NCBI RefSeq assembly: GCF_004010195.1
Contig: NC_057719.1
Location: forward strand, 91,572,512-91,636,511
Source: Chiloscyllium plagiosum
Taxonomy: Eukaryota
Direction: 5' to 3'
Length of the DNA stretch: 64,000 nucleotides
Shown: one piece after another, positions 26,396-39,750 of the stretch
How the letters are laid out: every line of letters begins with the position of its first letter
Position numbering within the stretch: the first letter of the stretch is position 1
Notes under the pieces: generated by a model
The model's database searches: none
What the model saw: the letters and a program-made list of their open reading frames with translations, nothing else
What the model was told of the DNA's origin: nothing
Position numbers and translations under genes: made by a program

Positions 26396-29300
26396 CAGAA
26401 CATAAGAAATAGGAACAGGAGTAGGCATTTGACCCACTGAGCCTGCTCTGCTATTTAACAGGATCATGGCTGATCTGCCATTTAACAGGATCATGAGTGA
26501 TCCAACATTCCTCATTCCCATTTTCCTGCCTCTTCCCTGTAACCCTTGATTCCCCAACTGATCAAAAATCTATCTCACTTTTAAAGACTCTGCTCCCTCT
26601 GTGACAAGAAGTTCCAAACCCTCTCAACTCTCAGGGTAGAAATACTTCCACATTTCAATCTTAAATTGTGTCCCCACCCCCAAACTCCATGACTATGTTC
26701 TCTGGTCCTAGACTATCCCTTTAGGTGTCGTATCCTCTCTGTATTTACCCGGTCATGCTGCTTAAGAATGCTATGAGATCACTTCTTATTCTTTCTAAAC
26801 TGCAGCAAGTAGAATCCCAACCCATTTAGTGTTTGTTCAGAAGACAAATCCTCAACACTGGGAATCATCCTTGTGAATCTTCTGAGCTGCCTCCAAAGAA
26901 ATATCTTTTGTTAGGTTAGGGGACCAAAACTGCTCACAGTATTCCAAATACCATCTCACCAGCACTTTGTACAGATCCAATAAGACTTCTCTACTCTTAT
27001 ATGCCAACCTTATTGAAATAAGGACCAGCATTCCAATTAGCCTTCCCAATTATTGGCGTATTGGCTTTGTGTTTCATGTACAAATATCTCCAAGTCCTTG
27101 AGTGCTGCAGCTTTCTGCAGTATTTTGTACCCATTTAAATAATGCTGTTCTTTTGATCCCCCTTCCAAAATGAAAATCACATTTTCCCACACTATTCTCC
27201 CTTTGAAATCTTTTTGTCTACTTACTTAACCTATTAACATTTCTGTAAATTGTTCACATCCCTCTTGCAACCTGGCTTTCTATGTTTGCATTGTCTGAAA
27301 ATCTGACTCGAATAGGCTTGGTCCCTTTCTCCAAGTTATTAATGTATATTGTAAACTGATCAGTGGAACCTAGTGTGTTACTAACATGAAAACCTAGATC
27401 GATATGCCACGGAGCAGCGATTCTTGATTTGGTAATAGGTAATGAGGCAGGTTTAATAAATGATTGCAGCAAAATATCCCCTTGGCAGCAGTGAACATAA
27501 AATGATGAATTTAATATTCAGTTTGAGTGTGAAAAATTTGGGCTGGAAACAACTCTGTTTAAGTTAAATACAGGGAATTACAATGAAATGAGGATACTTA
27601 GCGACAGTGGAGTGGGCAGATAGGTTAGCAGGAGAGATAGTAAACAAGCAGTGAGAAACATTTAAGGAGACAATCATGACTCCAAGCAAAAATATATCAC
27701 AGTGAGGAGGAAGGATTCTAAGAGAGGGATAAACCTACCATAGTTAATGAAATAGTATATGACAGGATAAGTTGAAAGAAAAGACATAAAAAACAGCAAA
27801 AGTTAGGTGTTGGAAACATGTCTTTGATGTAATGTTTCTATCAGGACCTCGAGATCTCCTTCGGATAATCCGATATTCAGATAATCGAGGTTCCTCTGTG
27901 TAACGTCTCTGGACTCTTGTTATCTCATTTCTGCAGGCTTCCCATTTTTCTGCCGTCCCTTTACCTGTGAACATCTGCCCCCAGTCAGCTTTTGAAGTTT
28001 CTTGCTTAATACCGTCAAAATTAGCCTTCCTCCAATTTAGAACTTCAACTTTTAGATCTGGTCTATCCTGGAACATTAAGCTGCCAGTCCTGTCCATCCC
28101 TGAGCCATGTTTCTGTAATTCCTATGCTATCCCAGACACATGTTCCTAACCATACCCTGAATTCATCTTTCCCTGTTACGTCTTTTGCATTAAAGTTAAT
28201 GCAGTTTAACTTATCAGTCCTATCATGTTCTCTGCTTTGCTCCTCCTGCCCTGAATGTTTGACTTGTTTCTTTTCTCAACTGTACCAGTCTCAGATTGAT
28301 CTCTTTCCTCACTATATCCCGGAGTGCCCCCCGTTTACCAGTTTAAATCCTCCCGAGCAGCTCGAGAAAATCCAGTAAATCTCCCTGCCAGTATATTAGT
28401 CACTTTCCAATTCAGGTGCAATCCATCCCTTCTTGTGCAGGTCACTTCTACCCCAGAAGAGGTTCTAATGATCCAAAAATGTGAATCCTTCTCCCATGCA
28501 TGAGCTCCTCAGCCACGCATTCATCTGCTCTATCCTCCTATTCCGACCCTCACCAGGTTGTAGCACCAGGAGTAATCCTGATATTACTACCCTCGAGGAC
28601 CTCCTTTTTAAATTTCTGTCTAACTTTCTACACTCTCCCTTCAGAATCTCATCCTATCCCCTTCCTATGTTATTGGTTCCTATGTGTATAATGACGTCCT
28701 GCTGGGCCCTCTCCCCTTTGAGAAATTTCTGCACCCTCTCTTGATATCCTTGATCCTGGCACCAGGGAAGCAACATACCATTCTGATTTCTTGCTGCTGG
28801 CTGCAGTAACATCTGTCTATGCCTCTAACTAGAGAGTCCACTATCTCAATTGATCGCTTGAAACCAGATGTACCCCTCATTACATTACAGCCTGCCCTGA
28901 TAACAAACTTGGCTGTTCGTGCTACATTCCCCTGAGAGTCCAGCACCCCCGGACTTTCCAAACCAGCATATTTGTTTGAGATGGGGATAGCAAGGAATAT
29001 AAAAACTGACAATAAGAGCTTCTTTAAATTTATAAAAGGAAGAGGGAGAGGTCAAAATGAACATGAGCCACTTAGAAAATGAATCTGTGGACATATCAAT
29101 AGAGTCATACAGCATGGAAACAGACACCTCAGTTCAATCAGTTCATGCCAAATATAAGCCCAAACTAAACTAGCCCCACCTGCCTGCTCCTGGCTCATAT
29201 CCCTCCAAACCTTTCCCATTCATGGATCCATCCAAATGTCTTTTGAACGTTGTAATATTACCCGCATCCACTATTTCCCCAGGAGGTTCATTCCACACGC

Positions 29301-31430
29301 AGACCACCCTCTGTATAAAAACTTTTCCTTATGTCTTTTTTAAACCAGTTTCCTCTCACCTTAAAAATGTGCCTGCAGCCTTGAAACTTCTCATCTTAAG
29401 GAAAAGACAATACCATCAACTCTACCTATACCTCTCATTATCTTATAAACTTCTGTCAGGTCATCTCTCAAACTCCTACGCTCCAGTGGGAGAGAGGAGA
29501 GAGAGTGGGAGTTGTGTATAGACCTCCTAACAGTGGTCAGGACCAGGGACGCAACATGTACCGGGAAATAGAGAAGGCATGTCAGAAAGGCAAGATAACT
29601 CAAACCTTCCATATCCAGCAAGCCCAGCATTCAGCCCATTCCCCTCAAAACCTTCCCCATCCATCCACCTGCCCACATGACTTTTAAATGTTGTAATTTT
29701 ACCAATCTCCACCACCTCGTTCCATACACACACTACCCTGTGCATGAAAATTCTGCCCCTCAGGTCCCTTCTAAATCTTCCCCCCCTCATCTTAAACCTA
29801 TGTCCTTTTGTTTTGGATCCCCCTACCTGGGAAAGGGACCTTCACTATTCACCACATCCATGCTCCTCATGATTTTATAAACTTCTATAAGCTCATCTCT
29901 CAGCCTCCGATGCTCCAAGGAAAAAAGCCCTAGCCTAGTCAGCGTCTCCTGATAGCCCAAACCCTTCAATCCCAGCAACATTCTTATAAGTTTTTTCTGA
30001 ACCCTTTCAAGTTTCACAATATCTTTCCTATAGCAGGAAGATCAGAATTGAGTGCGGTGCTCTGTGCAGCCACAACAGGGCACCCCAACTCTTTCACTCA
30101 ATGCACTGACCAATCATGGCAAGCATGCCAAATCCCTTCTTCACCACCCTGTCTACCTGAGACTCCACTATCAAGGAACTATGCACCTGCATTCTAGATG
30201 CCTTTGTTTGGCAACACTCACCAGCATCCTACCATCTATGTAAGTCCTGCCGCTGTTTGCCTTACCAATACGTATGGGAAATAACAAATGGCAAAGGAGT
30301 TAAACACATATTTTGCATCGGTTTTTATGATGGAAGATCTACCAAACATCCCATTAATACTAAACAATACGGCGAAAGAGTCAAGTACTATCACCATCAC
30401 TGCCAATGTGAAAGCCCTATTCAATATAGAAGAATTAACTTAACATCTATGTTGCAAGACTGTTGATAGAGTCAACTAGGTTTTGTGAAAGGGAAATAAA
30501 GTCTGACTAACTTATTAGTTGCAGCTCTTTGAAGAAATAACATGCAGTGGTTAAAGGGAAACTGGTGGATACACTATAAGTAGACGATTTCCAGAAGGTA
30601 TTCAATAATGTTTCAAATTAAAGATGATTGTGGAAAATAAAAGCTCATGGTGCAGAGGGTAATAACTTGGCATGGATAGAAAATTGACTGGCTAATAGGA
30701 AACAGATATGAATGAAGGGATAGAAGATACTTTTCCAAATTTCTGATGAGACAAAGATAGATAGGAAAAGTAAATTGTGAAGAGACCATAAGGAAGCTAC
30801 AAAGGCATGTAGTTAGACAGGCTAAGTAAGTAGGAAAGATCTGGCAAATGTAGAAAAATGTAAAACTGTCCATTTTAACAGCAGCAAAAATAAGGTGTTA
30901 TTTAAACAAAGAGCGACTGCAGATTCTGTGATATAGAGAGATCTGAGTATCCTAGTGCATGAAACATAAAATGAAAGTATACATGCACAGCAACTAATCA
31001 GGAAAGCCAACACAAATATTATCATTTATTAGAAAGAGAACTGAAGTCAAAATTAGGGAGGTTATACTTCATTTGTACTGTGCATTAGTGAGCCCATATC
31101 TGGAATATTGCATAGTTTAGTATTGGGCTCCTTATATAAGGAAGCATGGAAATGTTTGGAAGCAGTTCAGAGAAGACATATTAGATTGGTACCTGGAATA
31201 AGTTAAAAATCACACAACACTAGGCTATAGCCCAACAGGTTTATCTGGAAGCACTAGCTTTCGAGGCCCTGCTCATTCATCAGGTGATTTGGAAGCTCGT
31301 GCTTTTTCAAAAGCTAGTGCTTCCAAATAAACCTGGTGTTGTGTGATTTTTAACTTTGTTCATTCCAGTCCAACACCAGCACCTTCACGTCACGAATACC
31401 TGGAATGGTCAGGTTCTCTTATGAGACTGG
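26396..31430. mobile_element. Patchwork of CR1 fragments in both orientations, including an ORF1 esterase piece (~28390-28870, minus)
   Basis: IVDSLVRGIDR...MVCCFPGARIKDI; LVRWYLEYCEQFWSP; LGLFSLEHRRLRDELIEVYKIM. Confidence 0.82.
31200..31396. mobile_element. Short fold-back Penelope-derived element with 10-bp TSD and hammerhead core
   Basis: tacctggaat at 31190-31199 and 31397-31406; minus-strand CAC-CTGATGA...GAAAG-CTA-GTG at 31252-31286. Confidence 0.8.
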
Positions 31431-31431
31431 G

Positions 31432-32880
31432 TCAGGTCAGAAGTCACATGAACCCAGGTTATAGACAAACATATTTGTTTAAGATCACAAGCTCTCAGAG
31501 CGCTACTCCTTCGTCAGGTGAAGAGAAGCATATAGGCACAGAATTGATAGGCAGAGAGATCAAATGATTATATAAGTGATGTGAGTGGAGTGTTGAAAGG
31601 CTGAATTACAAGTCTCTGCAAGTGATCAGAAGTACCAGACAGTGTGAGTAAAGTGTTGACAGCTGAATAACAAGTGAAAAGATGACATATGATGTAATTA
31701 TTTCAGTTAGAGAGATAATTATAAAAAAACAAAAATACAATGGTGCTGGAGACAAACCAAATGGCTGGAATAACATGATAGATCTAAGAGTCGCATGCCA
31801 ATGGTCTAACCGAAGTAACAAGCAATCCAAAACTGTACACCCTGATTAGGTGTAGAGATCATAGGTTATAAGACCATAAGACATAGGAATGGAAGTAAGG
31901 CCATTCGGCCCATCGAGTCCACTCCGCCATTCAATCATGGCTGATGCGCATTTCAGCTCCCAGTTTGAAGTGGCCCAATGTCTACTTTTGCCTGCTTTTA
32001 TCAAAGGGATGGTGTCAAAACAAGACAGTAAGGGAGATTTTACAAATACAGAACGGCATGGTGAGGTTACATCAACCCAAGATCATGAAGAAGACCGTCT
32101 TCGTGGATACAGGGCTTGGCTATCAGTTTCTGCTCGACGATTCTGTGTTGTTGTGCATTTCAAAGGCTACCTTCGAGGACATTTACCACAAGTTTGGAGG
32201 CTGAATGTCCTGGACCGCTGAAGTGTTCCCTGGCTAGGAGGGAACATTCCTGCTTGGTAAATGTTGCGCAGTGTCAATTCATCTGTTGTAGTGACTGCAT
32301 GGTCTTGTCAATATACTATGACTTGGGGCATCTTTGTCTGCAGCGTATGAGATAGACAACATGGGCTGAATCATAGGAGCATCTGCCCTGTACATGGTGG
32401 GTCGCATTCTCATTGGTGATGGTAGTATCCATGTAGATGATCTGGCATGTCTTGAAGAGCTTGCTGTGTTAGGATTGTGTGGTGTTGTGGTTGGTGTTGT
32501 TCTGAACATTGATCTGTCTAAGGATTGGCAATTGTTTGAAGGCTAGAAATGGAGGCATAGGATTGATCTTGGTGAGATGTTCATCATCATCAATGACATA
32601 TTGAAGGTGGCAAACAGCATGGCATCGTTTCTCCACTCCAAAAAAAAACTGGAAAACAAGGGGTACTCTGCCGATCGTGCCCGGTGTCTTATTTTTAATT
32701 TTCTGTAATTATCCCGCTGCGTCAATTAATAAAATCACAGCTTATCTCTTTACTTGCTACTCAGGTGTTAACACTTTACTCACATTGTCTGACACTTTTG
32801 ATCACTTGCAGAGACTTGTTATCCAGCCTGTCAACACTCCATTTACACCGTTAGTACCATCTTTTGATCTCTCTACCTAG
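31432..32880 (-). mobile_element. 5'-truncated Penelope-like element (Neptune-like GIY-YIG) with inverted partial terminal repeat
   Basis: Manual minus-strand translation KTCQIIYMD...HVVYLIRCRQRCPKS*YIDKTMQSLQQMN*H...EHFSGPGH (~32200-32460); 31548-31730 is inverted relative to 32697-32880; hammerhead-like motif ~31486-31522; small CR1 tail inserted ~31865-31960. Confidence 0.8.
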
Positions 32881-32888
32881 AAATTCTG

Positions 32889-33192
32889 TGTCAAAAAGTG
32901 TGGCCCTGGAAAAGCACAGCAGGTCGGGCAACATCCGAGAAGCAGGAGAATTGATGTTTTGGGCATAAGCCATTCATCAGGAATGTGGAGGGGGAACGGG
33001 CAGAGATAAATAGGAGGATGGGAGTGGGGCTGGGGAGGGTAAGGTGGCTGGGAAAGCGATAGGTGGATGCAGGTGGGGAGTAACAGCAATAGGTCTGAGG
33101 GGTGGGTGGAGCAGATAGGAGGTATGGAAGGTGGACAGCTAGGATAGGTCATTAGGTGGTGCCAAGTTGGAGGGTTGGATCTGGGATGAGGT
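32889..33192 (-). mobile_element. Penelope-derived terminal-repeat fragment
   Basis: Same family as 39591 and 46975; decayed hammerhead core. Confidence 0.7.
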
Positions 33193-33443
33193 AGACGGAA
33201 CTGTTCTTCAGCCTTAACGACTTCTCCTTCAAATCCTCCTACTTCCTTCTGATGGGTTAGGCTTACATCCACTGCAGTTTAGAAAGGTAAAAGGAGAGTT
33301 GATGGAAACGTACAAGATCCTGATGGGCCGTCACATGGTGGATGTGGAGATAATGTTTCCCCCTTGTGGAAGACGCCAGGACTAGCAAGTCAAAAGGGGT
33401 GTCGATGTAAGACAGAAACAGGCAGCAGGAAGGAGAAGTAAAT

Positions 33444-33754
33444 GGCGGCACGGTGGCACAGTGGTTAGCACTGCTGCCTCGCAGTTCCAGAGACCCGGGT
33501 TCAATTCCCACCTCAGGCGACTGACTGTGTGGAGTTTGCACGTTCTCCCCGTGTCTGCGTGGGTTTCCTCTGGGTGCTCCGGTTTCCTCCCACAATCCAA
33601 AGATGTGCAGGTCAGGTGAATTGGCCTTGCTAAATTGCCCCTAGTGTTAGGTAAGGGGCAAATGTAGGGGTATGGGTGGGTTGCGCTTCGGCGGGTCGGT
33701 GTGGACTTGTTGGGCCGAAGGGCCTGTTTCCACACTGTAATCTAATCTAATCTA
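33444..33754 (+). mobile_element. HE1-type SINE (young, CpGs largely intact)
   Basis: A and B boxes, HE1 body, (TAATC)n tail. Confidence 0.92.
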
Positions 33755-33771
33755 AATTGATTCTTGGTAAG

Positions 33772-35120
33772 GTTCATGTTCAAGAAGGGCAGTAGAGATG
33801 ACCCAGATAATTATAGACCTTACTTCTGTTGTAGGAAAGGTTTTGGAAAGGATTATAAGAGATAAGATTTATAATCATCTAGCAAGCAACAATTTGATTT
33901 CAGACAGTCAACATGGTTTCATCAAGGGCAGGTCGTGTCTCACAAACCAAGGTGACCAAGATGAGGGTAGGGCAGTTGACGTGGTATACATGGACTTCAG
34001 TAAAGCCTTTGATAAGGTTCCACACGGTAGGCTGTTGTAAAAAAATGCAGAGGTATGAAATTGAGGGTGATTTAGCAGTTTGGATTAGAAACTGGCTTTC
34101 TGAAAGAAGGCAGCGAGTGGGTGGTTGATGGAAAATATTCAGCCTGGAGTCCGGTTACTAGTGTTGTGCCACAAGGATCTGTTTTAGGACCACTGCTGTT
34201 TGTCATTTTTAGAAGTGACTTAGACGCAGGCAAAGGTGGATAAATTTGCCGATGACACTAAAGTCCATGGAGTAGTGGACAGTTTGGAAGAATGTTACAG
34301 GTTGCAGGGGGACTTGGATAAACTGCAGAATTGGGCTGAGAGGTGGCAAATGAAGTTCAATGCAGCTAAATGTGAGGTGATGCACTTTGGGACGAATAAC
34401 AGGAAGGCAGAGTACTGGGTCAATGGAAAGATACTTGGTAGTGTGGATGTGCAGAGGCATCTTGGAGTCCATGTACATAGATCCCTGAAAGTTGCCACCC
34501 AGGTGAACAGTGCTGTTAAGAAGGTATATGGTGTATTAGATTTCATTCGTAGAGGGATTGAGTTCCGGAGCCGCAACATCTTGCTGCAACCATACAAAAC
34601 TAGTGCGGCCACACTTGGAATATTGTATACAGTTCTGGTCCACATATTTCGGGAAGGATGTGGAAGCACTGGAAAAGGTGCAGAGGAGATTTGCCAGGAT
34701 GTTGTCTGGTCTGAAGGGAAGGTCTTATGAGGAAAAGCTGAGAGACTTGGATCTGTTCTCATTGGAAAGAAGGCGGCCAAGAGGGGATTTGATAGAGACA
34801 TACAGGATGAGCAGAGGATTAGATAGGGTAGACAGTGAAAGTCTTTTTCCTAGGATGATGGCGGCAGCTTGTACGAGGGGGCATAACTACAAATTGAGGG
34901 GTGATAGATTTAAGACAGATGTTAGAGGCAGGTTCTTTATGCAGAGAGTGGTAAGGGTGTGGAATGCCCTACCTGCTAACATTAGGGAGATTTAAACAAT
35001 CCTTAGATAAGCACATGGATGATGATGGGATAGTATAGGGAGACGAGCTGAGATAGTTCACAGGTCGGCACAACATCGAGGGCTGAAGGGCCTGTTCTGC
35101 ACTGTATTGTTCTATGTTCT
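33772..35120 (+). mobile_element. CR1 LINE 3' half (RT to tail)
   Basis: QHGFIKGRSCLTN, YMDFSKAFDKVPH, KFADDTK, RPHLEYCIQFWS; tail resembles the HE1 tail. Confidence 0.92.
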
Positions 35121-35122
35121 AC

Positions 35123-38100
35123 AGGATGTGAGCATTGTTTATTGTCCATCCCTAATTGCTTGTGAGATGGTGGTGACAAGCTGCTTTCTTGAACTCTGCA
35201 GTCCACGTGCTGTAGGTAGATTCTCAATGCTATTATGGAGAGAATTTCAGGATTTTGATGCCGTGATGCTGAAGAACAGCGATATATTTCCAGGTCACGA
35301 TGGGAGTGGCTTGGAGGGAAAGTTACAGGTGGTGGTGTTCCCATTTATCTGTTGCCCTTGGCTTTCTGCATCATGACAGTCATAAGTTTGGCAGGTGCTG
35401 TTTTAGCAACCTTGGTGAATTTCTGCACATTTTTGCTACTGACCATCAGTGCAGAGACAGACTGAATGGTTGAGGACATGGTGCTAGTCAAGTGGGCTGC
35501 TTTGGCCTGGATGGAGTCAAGCTTGAGTGCTGTTGGAGCTAAACTCATCCATGGTCCTGACTTGTGCCTTGTAGATAGTGGACAGGCTTTGGGGAGTGAG
35601 GTGGTGAGTTACTCGCTGCGGGATTCCCAGCCTCTGACCTACTCTTGTATCCACAGTATTTACATTGCTAGTCCAGTTCTGGTCACTGGTAACCCCCAGA
35701 ATGTTGATCATGTGGGTTTCAGGGATGGTGACCGTATGTAAGACAGACAGTTCTTGATTAGTAAACAATCAAAGGATCTGATGAGAAGGAAGGAGAATGG
35801 TGTCGAGGAATATATCAGCCACAACCAAATGGAGCAGGTGGACTGAATGGCTTCTGTAAGTTACCTTCCAAAAAGTGAAGAGGCCATAATACGATTTCCT
35901 CTTGTTGGAAACCGTTACTGCCTGGCAATTATGTGATGCAAATGTTACTTGCCGCTTGTCAGCCCAAACCTAGATATTGTTCACATTTTATTGCAATTGG
36001 GCATGGACTGCTTTAGTGTATGAAGAACTGCAAATGGTGTCGAACATTGTGCTACTGTCAACAACATCTTCACTCTGACCTTCGAATATAGGAATGGTAA
36101 TTAATGAAGCAGTCGTAGATGGTTGGGCCTAGGACACATTACCCTGAGGAAATCCTGCAGAAATGTTCTTGAACTGAGATGACTGATTTCCATCAACAAC
36201 AAACGTTTTGTTTTGTGCCAGGTTTGACTCCGATCAGTGATGAGTTTTCTCCATGATATCCATTGATTTCAATTTTGCGAGGGTTCCTTGATGCCATATT
36301 CAGTCAAATGCAGCCTTGATGCCATGGGCTGTCTCTCACACCTCACCTCCAGAGTTCAGTTTTTTTTGTCTATGTTTGAAGGCTGGACTGAGGTCAGGAG
36401 CTGTATGGCCCAGGTGGAACCCAACCTGAACATGCTTGATAGCACTGTTGATGACACCTTCCATCACCTTACTGATGATTATCGGTAGACTGATGGAGCA
36501 GTAACTGGCCGGATTGGATTTTACGTACAGGACCTACCTGGCAACGTTTCCACATTGTTGGGTAGATGCCACTTTTGTGGCAGTACCAGAACAGCTTGGC
36601 TAGGGGCATGGCAAGTTCTGGAACACACAAGTCTTCAGTACTATTGTTGGATGTTGTCATGGTCCATAGCTTTTGCAGTTTAAGCGCTTCCAAACATTTC
36701 TTGATATCACGTGGAGTGAATCGAATTAGCTGAAGACTGACATCTGTGATGCTGGAAAGCTCTGGAGGAGGCAGAGATGGATCACCCACTCGGCACTCTG
36801 CCTGAAGACTGTTGCAGAAGTTCAGCCTTACCATTTGCACTGATGTGCTGGGCTTCCCCATCATTGAGGATCTGGATATTTGTGCAGCATTGTCCACTAT
36901 TCAATTGTTTAATAGTCTACCAGCATTCATAACTGGACATGGAAGGACTGGAGAGCTTAAGTCTAATCCATTGGTTGCGGAATCACATAGCTCTATTATT
37001 TTCTGTTTATGGTGCTTGGCACACAAATAGTCCTGTTTTCTAACCTCATCAGGTTGATACCTAACTTTTAAGAATGCCTGGTGTTGCTCTTAGCATGCCC
37101 TCCTGCACTCTCCATTGAACCAGGGTCGACCTTCTGGTTTGATGATTATCATAGTCATAGTCATAGAGTCACAAAGGTCTACAGCACACAAAATGCCCTT
37201 CAGCCTATTGTTTCTGATTGGCACATACCTGATGAAGCACTTGACCCATAGCTTTGTATGCCTTGGCATCAAAAACATCAAAATGTTTCTTAAATGCTCG
37301 GAGGAATGCTGTATCTACCAGGCAGAGATTTTAGATTCCCTCCAGCCTTGGTGAAAAACATTTCAACATCCCCACTAGCTTTGACCTAACCAACATTTTA
37401 TACAGTCCAGCATTCACCTCAGCTAAAGTTAAGTATCCCAAATGCCTTCCTAATGGTTGAGTGGGTGATATGCCAGGCCATTAGGTATGCAGATTGCGCA
37501 GGAGTATAATTCGGCTGCTGTTGATTGTCAAGACATCGCATGGTTGCTCAGTCTTGAGTTACTAGATCTGTTCAAAGTCAGTTCCATTTAGCAGGGTGAT
37601 GGTGCCACAGAACAATACAATGGAGGGTATTCGCAACATTAAGGATGGACTTTGTCTTCACAAAGACTGTGCGGTGGTCGCTTTTACCAATATGCACATG
37701 GACAGGTGAATCTGCAGCCAGCAGATGACTAAGGATGAGGTCAAATGTGTTTTCCCTCTTGTTGGTTCCCTCACCACCTGCTGCACAGCCAATCTTTAGG
37801 ATCCAACCGTCCTGATCAGTAGTCCTGCTGCCAAGCCACAAATCCCCCACCCAGAGTACATTCTGCACCTTTGCCACCCTCAGTGCTTCCTCCAAGTGCT
37901 GTTCAACATGGTGCAGTACTGATTGGATTAAAGTGGCAATCAGCAGGAGAATCCTTGTCATGATGCCACAAGACATCATGGGGTCCAGAGTCAATTCTGA
38001 GGGCTCTGGGGCAAGTTCCTCCTGAGATATTACTGTGCCACCACCTCTGCTATGTCTGCCCTGATGGTGGGACAAGGATGTTGATGGTGGTGGTGTTTGG

Positions 38101-38610
38101 GACAATGCCTCTAAGGTATGACTCTGTAGGTTTGGCTATGTGCAGCATTGTCCACCAGTCAATTGTTTAATAGTCTACCAGCATTCATAAGGTTGGTACT
38201 AGATGTTAATAAGGATGATTTTGCAAGGTCACCTATGCTTGTTGTTGTTCCCAGGGCCTTAGTTGAGATCAAGTGGTCCCTTCTTTTTATTCCTTTTCTC
38301 CTCTCTAACTGCTGTTACAACTGAAAGGTGTGCTACATCATTTCACAGGGCATTGGGTCTGAAGAAAGACCAGGTAAGGTTTCCTTCTCTAAAGCATACT
38401 AGTGAACTAGATGGATTTTTTCTGACATTCATGACAGTCATCACTAATTCCAAACTTTTTAACAATCCAGATGTTTTTCCATCATCAACTGTGACGAGAT
38501 TCGAACTAGGAAAACTAGACTTACTTGGAATTGGGCACATGATGCATAACATTTTCTAGGTATCTGGTTTAATAGGCCAGTCACATCCCATTATGCCATC
38601 GCTTCTCCTA
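35123..38610 (-). mobile_element. Near-complete decayed tRNA-headed APE-RT LINE (CR1/L2-group-like ORF, no evident ORF1), with small CR1-tail inserts
   Basis: A box TGGCATAATGG near 38590, B box GTTCGAATC near 38500; then TESYL, RGGGTV, NVLWVGD, FDLILS, KSDHRTV (APE); PELAMPLAKLF...GIYPTMWK (RT); INILGVTSDQNWTS, LSTIYKAQVR; 3' tail gcaattagggatggacaataaa. Confidence 0.8.
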
Positions 38611-38625
38611 CATTATTGTGGAGTA

Positions 38626-38783
38626 CAGTGGAACCTCGATTATCTGGCATTTGATTAATTGAATTTCGGATTATCCAGACAAGATTGCAAGGTTCCGATG
38701 CTTAGCTAACTATGTTATCTGGCTTCAATTAACCGAATGAAATACTGCCCGCCCATGTCCTTCAGATAATCAAAGTTCCTCTG
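38626..38783. mobile_element. Tc1/mariner (pogo/Tigger-like) MITE
   Basis: TIRs cagtggaacctcgattatc / gataatcaaagttcctctg, TA on the left flank; a lone matching end at ~27860-27898. Confidence 0.72.
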
Positions 38784-38874
38784 TCATTAGATCAGCCACA
38801 ATCTTACTGATTGTAAGGTTAGAGAGTGGTTTATTTGTGCTTCTAATTCATACTGTTCACAACCTGTGTACATA

Positions 38875-38875
38875 T

Positions 38876-38911
<36 letters not shown>
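38875..38911. repeat. (TAA)n microsatellite
   Basis: About 12 TAA units. Confidence 0.95.
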
Positions 38912-38914
<3 letters not shown>

Positions 38915-39179
38915 GGTTATTGTTATGTTCCCAGTATTATCAATGTTGAAGGTTTGAAATGAAAAGTATAACTTAGTGGAGTTGTAATTCCAAATTAAAA
39001 CATTTGCAAAGAAAAGGTGGTTTTGAAAAGTCACAGGAAGGGGGCTAAATGAAAAGTATAGTTCTGACCTCAAAACCTAGTGATATTAGTACAGACTGCT
39101 CAGAAAAACACAGCAAACATCAAACAAAGTTGAGTTGGTAAAAAAGTCATGAATAATTCTTATGGAAAACCAGACTTAC

Positions 39180-39232
39180 TTGAAAGTGGCCACCTGATGT
39201 ATAACATTTTCCAAACCAGTTTCATTATTTTC
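39180..39232 (-). CDS. UBR1: UBR1 coding exon, 53 nt (ENNETGLENVIHQVATF-K)
   Basis: ttaacag|GAA...TTC AA|gtaag; phase 0/2. Confidence 0.95.
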
Positions 39233-39590
39233 CTGTTAAGATAATTTAACACAAACATCAATTTTCAGACTTCTTTTCTATCAGTGCACAATTACTACTG
39301 CAAGTTCAAATTAACATTGTTCAAGCTAAGTAAAACATTCGTTAATGATGTGAGATGTTGGGTCAAAAGGCCTGGTGCTGTCACCTTGTACACAATGTGT
39401 AGTTCTACCAAGCAAGTGTACATTATTGAACAGCATATGTTCGATTTCAGCAATTCTTACAAGATCGATATTAGCTAGTAAAGTAAAATCCCGGTGTTTT
39501 AATAAAGAGTAAAGCTAAATGTGGGGGAAAAAAATAACAGGACAAAGGCACATTAAGCATATTCTGCAGTACTCTCCTGTGTTTAATAAT

Positions 39591-39750
39591 CGGAGAAAGT
39601 GAGGACTGCAGATGCTGGAGATCAGAGTCGAGAGTGTGCTGCTGGAAAAGCACAGCAGGTCAGCAGCATTCGAGGAGCAGGAGAATCGACGTTTCAGGCA
39701 TAAGCCCTTCATCAGGAAAAACTGCTTTTCCAGGACCACACTCGTCGACC
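39591..39750. mobile_element. Short fold-back Penelope-derived element, perfect 12-bp TSD, intact hammerhead core on minus strand
   Basis: gtgtttaataat at 39579-39590 and 39751-39762; minus strand CTGATGA-A-GGGC-TTAT-GCCT-GAAAC-GTC. Confidence 0.85.
39684..39719 (-). ncRNA. Putative minimal type-I hammerhead ribozyme motif
   Basis: Core CUGAUGA/GAAA/GUC intact, stem II GGGC/GCCU, palindromic ACGU in place of stem III; stem I weak; activity unproven. Confidence 0.5.
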
